Assembly: GCA_918797485.1 (NCBI GenBank)
Contig: CAKKNE010000003.1
Location: forward strand, 1,674,001 to 1,738,000
DNA: 64,000 nucleotides
From: Pelagomonas calceolata
Taxonomy: Eukaryota
Direction of reading: 5' to 3'
Part shown: in pieces, positions 32,076-41,744 of the stretch
Layout: every line of letters begins with the position of its first letter
Numbering within the stretch: the stretch's first letter is position 1
The notes under the pieces: generated by a model
What the model was told of the DNA's origin: nothing
The model's input: the letters and a program-made list of their open reading frames with translations, nothing else
The model's database searches: none
Made by a program: the position numbers and the translations under genes

Positions 32076-35000
32076 ATGGGCAACCGCACGTCGACCGCGC
32101 GCGACGAGGCCGCCGCGGCCCAGTCCATCGGCCACTTCGACCACAACTATGACGCGATCCTCATCGACCAGTCGGCGGGCATGGTCGAAGCTTGTACTGA
32201 TAGAAAAGAAGTGCCGGCCGCGGTCAAGCGATTGTTGGGCGACGGGCGGTACGTTGAGCTCGTGATGAAATTCGACACCGTCCAGCTCGTCGAGAACCAG
32301 AAGACGTTATTGACCATACCGTACTCCGGCGTCAAGACCTTGGAATGGGACCACTCGTGTTCCTCGGTCAAAATCACCGCCAACACGGCCGGCGAGGAGT
32401 CCTTCGTCGTGGTCAAGGTCGGCAATTCTTTGGAGTTAGAAAACGAGGCCAAGCTGAGAATTCGGGGTCTGTCGAGGCAAGGCTCCGGCCAACAGTTGAA
32501 TCTTACGTTCGCTTATTGTGGCACGTATGCCGGCCCGACGAAGCCAAAACCATTTCAACGGAAACGGGCGAATTTATCCACCAGACCGCAAGGCAAGCTA
32601 CCTCCCCTAGCATTGATGCGCGACTTAGCGATCGCGCGACACACCGGGTCCGGCGCGCCGACGCGAGCGAACGGCTCGAAGCGAGTCGTCCATGCGCTCC
32701 AACACATCCACAGGGGCGGCAACACCTTTACGGTGTTACACGCCTACCAGAAGGGCACCGCGGCCGAGCACCAGCAGGGCGAGCTCCACGAATTTGAGTC
32801 CAAATTGGCCCTGAGCTGTGGCACGCACGAGCAACCAGGATTAGTCTACGCCGAAGGGCAGCAGGTCAAGCTGTCGCACGGCTGGGACGACGTGCAAGGC
32901 TGGGTCGTGCATGACAAGGTCCACGCGGGCGAGATGAATAGTGGGGTCGAGATCACGTTTCGGGGGTCTGGCACCTGGTTCTTCATCGTTCTAGATGTGC
33001 TACACTTGAAGGACGCCATCGAGCACTTCTGGAACCGGCACCGCGCGCCGCAGCCTCCCAAGCCGCAGTCGACGCATGGTCGGGACATCGTCACGGTCAC
33101 GACGTTACATGGTGAAATAAAAGCCCCACCGAAGCCCGTGGGTGACCTGGAGATCACGGACGAAGTCGGTACGTTAGTGCGGTCTTCCGGTACCGCTCAT
33201 GGTGGTGTCGCCAAGAGGAAGTCGACGATTATCGGTAGCATGGTGAAAGGAAAAAAACCAACAGGATGGCAGGAGAACGAGCGCGTCAGGAAGCACTGGG
33301 ATTCGGTCGTCGTGCATCAAGGATGGCTGCTGAAGAAGGGTGGGTTGGCCAAGTCGTGGATCAAGAGGTACGCGGTACTATATCGCACGGCCATGGGCCA
33401 CTTTTTGTGTTATTACGCGGATTTCGCCAAGTCGCCTCTCTACCACGAGGAGGAGCGGGAACGGCGCATCATCGACCTATGTAAAGTTACTTTTGTCCGT
33501 CCAGTGAGCAACCACGACGACGTGCCCCCGAATTCCTTCGACATCTGTACCATAGAAAGGGAGTGGACTTTGAGTGCGGAATCCAAGGCGAGCATGCAGC
33601 GCTGGCTGCAGATCGTGACCAGAGCTATTGACGAAGATACGGCTATCGTACCCGATGATGAGTTGGTCTTCACGGTGAAGCCGCGCGTCGACCCTTCGCA
33701 GCAATTGGTGAAGAACGAGTACTCCACCGCTCTGAAAGTGTCGGCGTCAGGGGTGAGTGTGTGCGCCGTGACGGCCGCCGACGAGTTGGTCGAGCGTTTC
33801 TTCTGGTGCTACACGGACTTTTTTAAATGGTCCATTCTCCACCATTCCGGCAAGACGGGCCTGCAGGTCAGCGTGTTCACGTCGGCTGATTTTGATGTGA
33901 AGGACCGGCACGAATTTCTCTTCCGGACGCGGGACGCCGTGAAATTAGCTACTGCTATCGAGTTCTACATCGAAAAGTTCATGTCCATCATGCACCTTTA
34001 TTTAGAAGGTACTGATAACAGTGGTACTTCCCAGGAGCTGAACATGGGGGCTAGCGAGATGGCCACGAACAACTTATTGGGCGAGGACGACATGCTCGCG
34101 CTCGGCGGCGAGGATGATGATGATCAGACGGGGACGAAGATCACGCAGGAGGACCAATTGCTGGAGAAGCAGCCGGCCTCACCGACGCAAGGGATACTGG
34201 ACCTCTTTACGGTGCCGTCCGCGCCCTCGTCTTCCCAGGTAAATGATCCATTCGCGCCCGGTGCGCTCCCGCCGAAGCCGCCGACGGACCACTTGGCGGA
34301 CGACGTTTCTGCCTTGTCCATGGAGACGGGCTTTCCTCCCGCAAGTGCGGCTCCCGTCCGTTCGGATGTCGTCGAGGAGATGACCCTGGGCGATGCGAAA
34401 TTCGACGCTTTGGCTGTGGGTGCTGCCGAGGGTGCTAATAGGATGAAGGGCGTGTTGTACGAGGATCCTCACGTGGCGGTGGCTATCGAGCACGACTATC
34501 GAGGGTCGGAAGGCAGGGTGACGGTTCGGGTCGCCAACAAATGTAGCACGCCCATCGATTCTCTGCGATCGGACTTGGATGCGGGCGAAACGGGTCTGAG
34601 GTACGAGTTCGGCGCGCCTTCTTCGACCTCATTACAACCGGGCGAGGCCGCGGCGCAATTACTCATGTTGGAGTGCATGAAGCCGTTCGACGCCGTCGCG
34701 GCGTTGGTTGTGTCTTTCCGCAGTCAAGGTGTGCCCTATGAAGTGAGGTTAGCACTACCGTGCGTCTTCACGAAATTCTTAGAGCCGGTCCAACTCAGCC
34801 CGAACGTCTTCGTGCAGCGCTGGGCGACGCTCGGCGCACCCGGTTTGGAGCACATGGTGACCTTCGCGGCGACGGCGGGCTCGGCGAATGCGGCGTTCGC
34901 GAAGCCGCGCTTGGCCGATCTCGTGAGGGTGGCGGTCGTCGACGGCGTCGACGACGGCGGCGGCTCGATTCTGTCGGGCGCGACGGCGTTGCGCACGGGC

Positions 35001-35150
35001 ACGGTCAACGCCGGCGGCGAGAAGATTTCGGTAGGGTGTCTGATTCGTTTGGAGATGAACGAGGCGGCGGGCGCTTTCAGATTAACGGTGCGGACGGCCG
35101 TGCCGCACGTGTCCACGGCGCTCGCGGAGGCCATCCAGAAGCTGCTCTAG
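32076..35150 (+). CDS. PH-domain protein with C-terminal AP-2 alpha-adaptin appendage (ear) domain
   Basis: HQGWLLKKGGLAKSWIKRYAVL...SMQRWLQIV (PH); GVLYED...LPCVFTKFLEPVQLSPNVFVQRWATL...VGCLIRLE...FRLTVRT (alpha-adaptin C2 plus platform); MGNRTS myristoylation-like start. Confidence 0.8.
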   Translation: MGNRTSTARDEAAAAQSIGHFDHNYDAILIDQSAGMVEACTDRKEVPAAVKRLLGDGRYVELVMKFDTVQLVENQKTLLTIPYSGVKTLEWDHSCSSVKITANTAGEESFVVVKVGNSLELENEAKLRIRGLSRQGSGQQLNLTFAYCGTYAGPTKPKPFQRKRANLSTRPQGKLPPLALMRDLAIARHTGSGAPTRANGSKRVVHALQHIHRGGNTFTVLHAYQKGTAAEHQQGELHEFESKLALSCGTHEQPGLVYAEGQQVKLSHGWDDVQGWVVHDKVHAGEMNSGVEITFRGSGTWFFIVLDVLHLKDAIEHFWNRHRAPQPPKPQSTHGRDIVTVTTLHGEIKAPPKPVGDLEITDEVGTLVRSSGTAHGGVAKRKSTIIGSMVKGKKPTGWQENERVRKHWDSVVVHQGWLLKKGGLAKSWIKRYAVLYRTAMGHFLCYYADFAKSPLYHEEERERRIIDLCKVTFVRPVSNHDDVPPNSFDICTIEREWTLSAESKASMQRWLQIVTRAIDEDTAIVPDDELVFTVKPRVDPSQQLVKNEYSTALKVSASGVSVCAVTAADELVERFFWCYTDFFKWSILHHSGKTGLQVSVFTSADFDVKDRHEFLFRTRDAVKLATAIEFYIEKFMSIMHLYLEGTDNSGTSQELNMGASEMATNNLLGEDDMLALGGEDDDDQTGTKITQEDQLLEKQPASPTQGILDLFTVPSAPSSSQVNDPFAPGALPPKPPTDHLADDVSALSMETGFPPASAAPVRSDVVEEMTLGDAKFDALAVGAAEGANRMKGVLYEDPHVAVAIEHDYRGSEGRVTVRVANKCSTPIDSLRSDLDAGETGLRYEFGAPSSTSLQPGEAAAQLLMLECMKPFDAVAALVVSFRSQGVPYEVRLALPCVFTKFLEPVQLSPNVFVQRWATLGAPGLEHMVTFAATAGSANAAFAKPRLADLVRVAVVDGVDDGGGSILSGATALRTGTVNAGGEKISVGCLIRLEMNEAAGAFRLTVRTAVPHVSTALAEAIQKLL

Positions 35151-35260
35151 CGCGGCGCGCGTTTTTCCCCTTTCCCCCCAAATCCCCGGCGCGCGCCGGT
35201 GTAACGAGCAGTGGCATCTACTAGTAGTTTCTTCTCCGTCCGGACCTACGTGTGCGCGCT

Positions 35261-35371
35261 TTGCCTTGCTTAGAGCTAGTAGGCCTGCTTGACCGCACGC
35301 CCGCCCCGCGCCCCCGGTCCCCGTACGCCGTCGCCCCGAGTGTTCGCTCGGAGGCGACGACGGCGAGGGGG
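35261..35371. repeat. Dispersed repeat, copy C (inverted relative to A and B)
   Basis: Reverse complement reads CCCCCTCGCCGTCGTCGCCTCCGAGCGAACACTCGGGGCGAC...GTGCGGTCAAGCAGGCCTACTAGCTCTAAGCAAGGCAA. Confidence 0.75.
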
Positions 35372-35436
35372 CTCTAGGGCCCGGGCCATATATACGCACC
35401 AACAATCCTTATAGCGGAGGGGTTGTTACTGACAAT

Positions 35437-35763
35437 CTAGAGGCGGCGCTCGTCGTACTCCGCGAAGAAGTCGCTGTCCGAGTCGGGCTGCTCCTTGGCC
35501 CAGTTGTAGTACGTGAAGAAGAAGAAGCCGCCGATGACCCACAAGACGGTGCCCTCGCGCGGGTCGTCGATGCCGAGCGAGAGGCCCGTGCCCTCGGACT
35601 GGCCGCCCGCGAGCGCGGCGAGCGGCGCGAACGCCGTCGCGGCGGCGGCGACCTGGTAGTGCAGCGCCGGCTTGGGCGCCGCCTTGGAAACGGCCGTCCT
35701 GGCCGGCGTCGGCGCGAGCGCCGCCGCGCTGGCGAGGAGGAGCGCGCACGCGACGGTCTTCAT
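35437..35763 (-). CDS. psbW: Photosystem II reaction centre W protein, nuclear-encoded
   Basis: Bipartite targeting MKTVACALLLASAAALAP; EGTGLSLGI..., one transmembrane helix, acidic tail. Probable 5'UTR intron acceptor at 35780. Confidence 0.8.
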   Translation of the reverse strand: MKTVACALLLASAAALAPTPARTAVSKAAPKPALHYQVAAAATAFAPLAALAGGQSEGTGLSLGIDDPREGTVLWVIGGFFFFTYYNWAKEQPDSDSDFFAEYDERRL

Positions 35764-36541
35764 CGTCGTCTTTTGATACCTGCGGCGGCGAGCGGGTGAG
35801 CACAGCTTCGGCGTGTGCTCGGCGTGCGATCCTCTCGCTCGGCTCGGCGTGGCGCTCCGTGCTGCTTTCGGGCTTCCGCGACCCAACGCGCCCGGAGAGC
35901 ATTGAGGCTTGCGATCGAGCAGCAAGGCCGCGCGCGCTGTGGCGGCCGTGCGCAACGTGCCGGATGCGCAGGCACGTCCACGCCCGTCGCTCCGCGAGCG
36001 GCTGGCAGCGCAAGCTTTGGCTTGCAAGCTAACTCGCCACAGTCGCGACGCGGCGCCGCGATGCTTCGCGCACTGCTCGGACGCATCACGGAGAACTACC
36101 GCAGCAGGCTGAAAACGTAAAACAAGTAAGTATAGGCGCAGATGGGTGCCTTTTTTGCTCGGCTCGCATCAATAGCTTGGGGCAAGCCCGTCCTCACAAA
36201 ACGGCGGACCCGTCCGTGATCGGCCTCGGGAGACTTCAATCCACCTCTCCAAGCGCCGTCGCGGCGTCCAAACTGCCGAGGGGACCCAAGACAAAAACAA
36301 ACCCCCACTCGAGCCTTCAGCCGTGCACAGGCCTGCATTGCTCATGCATAGTGCTTCGAGGAATACTACGGCACAAATAGACACAACCCCGAAATCATCG
36401 TAGCGTGATGCTCTTGTGGCATGTCTCACAGCCTGGCAAATAACTGGTATGGGGTGTTAGCTGTCACAATTAGTACGTAAGACGATCGCCCCGCACACGC
36501 AGTCGACGCTGCATCGAAAATTAGAGCACTAACGGCCCCGC

Positions 36542-37682
36542 ATGGCAGCGGTAGCCAGGCTGCGGAGCTGCCTGCCAGCTGCCGCAGCCGCGGCCGCGGT
36601 GACGCAGGCGCCGACGCGGCCGCAAAAGCACGCGAGGACCGAGGGCTCCGCGCTGCTGCAATGGCGCTCGTCGCGCGTCGCGCCGCAGAGCGTCGACGGC
36701 CGGCCCGTCGCGGACGTCCGCGAGGGCGGTGGCGCCGTTTCTCGCTTGTACGGCGTTAGTAGGAGAGGCTACGCGCCCTACGACCGGAGCAAGAGGAATC
36801 AGGATGCACTACGCGTGTTGAAAGATGAGCGCACGGACACGCAAGCGATCCTCGTGCTCGACGGCCACGGCGAGTACGGCGAGGAGGTGTCGCGTAGGTT
36901 TGCCGATAAATTCTTGGATGCCGTGACAAAGCACCCCTTCTGGGCGACGAACATCGAAAGGGCGTGTCGGGAAGAGTTGGCTCGACTGGAAGGCGAAATA
37001 CTAGCCGACAGCAGCATAGACTGCGCCTTCTCCGGGACCACAGTGGCCTTCGCCGCCGTGCGGCGCAACCAGGTCTTCTGGTGCAACGTCGGCGACTCGC
37101 GCATCACCTTAGGCGTTTTGAGGGATGGCGTCGTCCGCGCCAGTGCACAACCCTAGTTTCGTGGCGTTTCTATGTGGCGCGCTGCACCCGACACACTGCT
37201 TTATTTGCGCACAGGTCCGCGCGGAGCCGCTGACCACGGACCACAAACCGGAAACGCCCGAGGAAAAAGACCGCATCGAGCGCTGCGGCGGCCGCGTCTT
37301 CGCGCTCGAGTACGACGATGGCATCATCGGGCCGCCGCGCGTCTGGCTGCCCGACGCGGACGTGCCGGGCCTCGCCATGTCGCGGAGCGTGGGCGACCAG
37401 GTCGCGCACGCCGTCGGCGTGTCGTCGGAGCCGGACTGCGGCGTCCGACGCCTTTCTCCAAACGACCGCTTCCTCGTCGCCGCGACAGACGGGCTCTGGG
37501 AGTTTCTGCCAAACGCCGAGGTCGTGGCCCGCGTCGCCGAGGTCTCGTCACAAAGCGGGTCGCCGCGCGCCTGCGTCGACCATCTTGTCAGAGAGGCCAC
37601 GGCGCGGTGGCTCGCGCACGAGCGCGTCGTCGACGACACGACCGTGTGCGTCGCGTTCCTCGAGGCGTCGCCGCCTGATTAG
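36542..37682 (+). CDS. Protein phosphatase 2C; introner intron 37133-37214
   Basis: NQD, VLDGHG, SGTT, NVGDSR, DHKP, GLAMSRSVGD, ATDGLWE and DDTT motifs; splicing joins the two ORFs in frame. Confidence 0.92.
37141..37214 (+). mobile_element. Introner-like element IE4
   Basis: CAGTGCACAA...TTATTTGCGCACAG with perfect 8-bp TSD gtccgcgc (37133-40 / 37215-22). Confidence 0.88.
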
Positions 37683-37700
37683 TCCTATCGTAAAATGTCG

Positions 37701-38141
37701 TTAACTTGGTGGTGGGAAGACGGGTGCGAAGAACTGGCCCGGCCGCTCCTTGCGTAACTCGGCGAGCGCCGCTCGCCAGCACGAGGTGCCGGAGGCGCGG
37801 ACGTCTCCCGACGCGATCAGCTCCGCGTCGGACGCGTATCGCTCGTAGTCCTCGCCGATCCGTTTCGCCAGCGCCGACTTCGCCTCGGGGTCGTTGCACG
37901 CGTTGGGGTCAAATTTGTTGTGTATCCTGCCTTTTGACAACTTCGTAAAGTTCACAAGGATCAGCGGCTTGTCGTCGACGACGACAGTTGCGGGCGCCGG
38001 CGCCGGCGCCGGCGCTGCCACGGCCGACGTCCAGTCGGCGCCGTCGTCAGTTGGTGGTGCTGCTGGCGCCGCGGTGTCCGCAGGTAGCTCGTTGACCTCC
38101 CAGGCATCGTCGTTGTCGGCGGCGTCCTCCCAGCTCGACAT
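37701..38141 (-). CDS. Hypothetical protein
   Basis: MSSWEDAADNDDAWE...; GC3-rich 146-aa ORF; its ATG overlaps the TAA that follows the upstream ORF. Confidence 0.6.
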   Translation of the reverse strand: MSSWEDAADNDDAWEVNELPADTAAPAAPPTDDGADWTSAVAAPAPAPAPATVVVDDKPLILVNFTKLSKGRIHNKFDPNACNDPEAKSALAKRIGEDYERYASDAELIASGDVRASGTSCWRAALAELRKERPGQFFAPVFPPPS

Positions 38142-38143
38142 TA

Positions 38144-38527
38144 TCAGCGCGTCCCGTAGACCTCGACGATCAGCGCGGCGAGCGCGAGATAGCGAGTCGT
38201 GGACGCGACGGGAGCCGGCTGGCCGTGGAACACGACGAGCTTGGAGGCGCTGAATGCGAGAGACGAAAACACAGACCCCCAAGCCACGAGATTCGACCCG
38301 GCGCCCCGTGTGTGCAAGTACAGTAGGCCTGCGACGAAGTACGGGCTCCACTCGTTGACGTTCAGCTGCACCGCGCTCGCGACTTTGAACGATTTGGAGC
38401 CGAGGAGCGCCTTAAAGTCGTCACGCGGCAGCCACAGGACCTTGACGCGATAGCCGACGCTCATCATGAGGCCCAGCGCGAGGGCGTGGGCCATGTGAAG
38501 GCACGCTGCCGTCAAGGCAGCACTCAT
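38144..38527 (-). CDS. MAPEG-like small membrane protein
   Basis: Four hydrophobic helices; ASAVQLNVNEWSPYF resembles the MAPEG RAH.N..E..P.F motif. Confidence 0.6.
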   Translation of the reverse strand: MSAALTAACLHMAHALALGLMMSVGYRVKVLWLPRDDFKALLGSKSFKVASAVQLNVNEWSPYFVAGLLYLHTRGAGSNLVAWGSVFSSLAFSASKLVVFHGQPAPVASTTRYLALAALIVEVYGTR

Positions 38528-38699
38528 TTCTTCTGCACGGGCGCTAGCTGATGGATGAGGATGCTGTGAGGCTGGATGTCGCGCCGGCGGCGTCCGCAGG
38601 CTGCAGCGCTTCTCGCTGCTCAAGATGACAGCCCCACAAATTATTTGACGATCTGTGGCGAGCTGTGGCGTCTCTTAGACCGCGATGGAATTGAGCTTG

Positions 38700-38720
38700 C
38701 TAGTGAGTTACAGCCGCTAG
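38700..38720 (-). promoter_or_regulatory. Upstream CTAG-bounded motif, copy 6
   Basis: + strand ctagtgagttacagccgctag, ~175 bp upstream of the MAPEG ATG (-). Confidence 0.55.
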
Positions 38721-38785
38721 CTGCGCAAATTTGCACTCGCACGAGCCGTGGGCTGGGGCGCCTTAGCTGCTAAAATGGCGTGCTA

Positions 38786-41725
38786 ATGGCGTACCGTCAC
38801 CGATGGGCAGCGATGCTGCTGCTGGCGCTAGCCGCAGCAGCCACGAATGCACGAGCAGCCTCCACGCCCACAAGGAGCACGCCCGGTGTCATCAATGGCG
38901 AGGACATGACGCGCGTGCGCGCGGTCGAGGCTTGGCTCGACAAGGGCGGACCGCCGCCGCAGAGCTGGGAGGTAAAAACCAAAGCGGACGTGTCGATCGG
39001 CAAGGAGCTCGCTCGGGGGCGATCGAAGTGCGTGCGCCATGGCCGCCTGGGGACAAGGAAGGTCGTCGTCGTCGCGGTCTGCCCCGTGTCGAACAGTTCT
39101 GCATTCGCCGGGCATAATTACAAGGAGCTGCACGCGGCCGGCGAGGCGCTCAAACGGAGGCATCACCTCGTCGAGGAGATGTACTTCCTTGAAGTCTTGC
39201 GGGGCCGGCCGGGCATCCCGACGCTGCGCGGGGCTTTCCTAGAAAACGGCGACTTATCGATCGTCGTGGACGACTGCGGCGCGCGCATCACGGGGGTCGA
39301 CCGCAAGAGACAGCCGATAGCGTCGGACGCCTGGCGCGCCTTCGCGAAGCGCGATCCACTCGGTGCGGCGCGGGCGCTCCTGGAAGTATTCAGAAGTGTG
39401 GTCGACTACGGCGGGTATTTCATCAAGGACTTCACGCCCCATCAGTTCACGCTCCACGGGAACAAGTTGTACCTCGTCGACGGCCCGGACGTCGCGCTGG
39501 ACGGGCCGATGGCCACGTTCCTCCGGGGCCGCCCGGGCTTTGCCCTGTGCGGCAATCAACCCGTGGATGGCGCGAGACGGAGAGTCGCCGCGTGTTCGAA
39601 CGCGCTGCCCTCCTTGCCCCATCAGAAGGCCTGCCGCGCGGCGTGCCCGGCGATGCGAACGCGCTTCTCGAGCGGACCGGCGTGCTGCTGCCCTTATCCC
39701 GGCACCTGCGCCTCGACGGCGGCCCGGGATCTCTGCCAACTCGACCAGACGCGTTGCTATTTGATCCAGAACAGACCGCACGCGACCGACGCGGCGACGG
39801 CGTGGTGGGCCCTCCCCCTTATCCTGGTGGAGGCCCGAGGCGCCGCGCAGACGGCCGTCGCCGTGGCGCGCGGGCGGCTGCTGGACCACAAGGGCCGGAG
39901 GGCGACGTTCGGGTTCGTGCTGAACGAGTTGGAGGAGTCGCAGCGACCGCTCCTGCGGAGGCGCCTCGACGCGAAGCGGCGGCAGGAGGTCGAGCGGATG
40001 GACCGGACGGTCAACGGCACGGACCTCGAGGCGCCGTGCTGGGGGATGGACGTGCGGGGACGCAAGTCGTGCCTCAGCTACGATGAGGCGCTCGATGCAG
40101 ACGCGGCGTTCCCGCCCGCGGACGTGGGCTCCGTCGCCTTCGTCGTCGCGTGGTGCGGTGACGGCTTCGACTGGGTGGCGGACCTGATGACGCGGAGCCC
40201 GGGCACCCAGAAGGTCTGGACCTGTGCCATGATTCAGCGGTGACGCGCCGCGACGATTTGATTTCCGCATAGGTTTGGAAGCGGTTGACCTTGTATCAAA
40301 AGTGCGCCGTCTACAACGCGAGCGCCGGGGGCCACGAGGTCCGGTATACGCACGACCAATCGGACACACACGCGCCCCAGGCGCTGGACTGCGACGTGAC
40401 CGGTCCCAATACGACGCTCACATCGACCGACGTGCGCCGCGCCATACTGAAACACTCGCGCGCGGCGGCGAACTCGAGCGTGGACAGAGCGCTCCGGGCG
40501 CTCGACGTACGAGTGGTGCCCCTCATCGAGCCGGGCCGCGGCTACCCGACGGGGCCGCGCGGTCGGGCGAACATGGCCTATAGTACGGACGAGGCCGGGG
40601 CGTATTTGCACTACATCGCGCGATCCTACGACAACCTCGCGGACGGCACGTTCTTCGTCCACGGCCACGTCCACGGCGGCTACGAAGCCGCCGTGAGGAC
40701 GATGGATTGGACGGCGGCGAGTGGCGTCGCGCCGCAGACGTACTTCGGGACCACGCGGCGCGAGGCCACGCGCGTCCCTCTCTCGGGCGGCATGCCGTCG
40801 GCGCTCGGCGTGCCGGTCAAGGACGCAACGCGCAAGCCCCGCGGCGGAAACTACCAGAACGGCGAGTTCTACGCGTCGCGGTTGTCCATACGTCGCCGGC
40901 CGCGGTCGTGGTTCGTCCAGGCCTTCGAAATTGTGGACCAGGATGCGCGCTGCGCCGACGTCTACAATAAGATACCTCTGCCAAGACTGCCCGCGCCGCA
41001 CGAGCAGTGGAACAAGCGCTCGTTTACGTGTCCGTATCCCCGGAAATACGGGGGCGGCGGCGCCATCGAGGGCCACCGGCGGTGCCTAAATCAAATCACC
41101 CGCACCCGACTCACCGGTTGATTTGCGCACAGGTTACTGGAACGTATTCATGTGCGAGCCGTGCCAGACGCCCCGGCGGGACCCGGACGTCCGGATCCCG
41201 TGGTCCAAGGCGGCCGGGCTCGAGAAGGGCCGCGTCGCCGCCGGCGAGGTGATCCGCACCGCCGCCTCCCTGTCGGCTGTGCGCCAGGCGGTGACCTCAC
41301 TCGAGCAATTGCTCAGTAAGGCGCAGCGCGACTTCCGCTTGCTCCAGGGCCCGGACGTACTCGAGGTCGCGCGGCTCCAAGAGGACCTCGAGGTCGCGCG
41401 CGGCCGGCTGGCCGCCCTGGACCCGAACGCGACGCGTCCCGCGACGGTGTCGCCGCAACCGCCTGCTCTCGCGAACGCCGCGACCGCGGCCGCGCCACCG
41501 CGACCGCCTACTCCCGCCGCCGCGTCGCCGCCTGCTCCCGCAAAGGCTACGAACCCAGCGCGCGGAAAGATCTTTACCCAAAACCCAAACCCGAACCGAC
41601 TGGTGCGGCCGCCGACGGCCAGGGTTCCCTTCCTCGGCGGGCGTCCGGTCCCGCAGCCGCGACGATTCTACAGTTCTGGAGTCGCGAGCCGCACACCCAA
41701 CGAGGAGGCCGACGCTCACGTGTAA
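38786..41725 (+). CDS. Secreted PKDCC-like kinase domain fused to DUF3431; introns 40214-40272 (GT-AG) and 41072-41132 (GC-AG)
   Basis: Signal peptide; LARGRSK.V, DFTPHQF...LYLVD (PKDCC-like); FVVAWC.D.FDWV and DEAGAYLHYIARSYDNLADGTFFVHGH (DUF3431). Splicing joins three ORFs in frame. Confidence 0.7.
40222..40272 (+). mobile_element. Introner-like element IE5 (short, decayed)
   Basis: CTGTGCC...TTTGATTTCCGCATAG; TSD gtctggac/gtttggaa. Confidence 0.75.
41080..41132 (+). mobile_element. Introner-like element IE6 (GC-AG intron)
   Basis: CGGTGCCTAAATCAA...GCACCCGAC...GGTTGATTTGCGCACAG; TSD gccaccgg/gttactgg. Confidence 0.75.
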
Positions 41726-41744
41726 TGTACTAGTATGTGAATTG

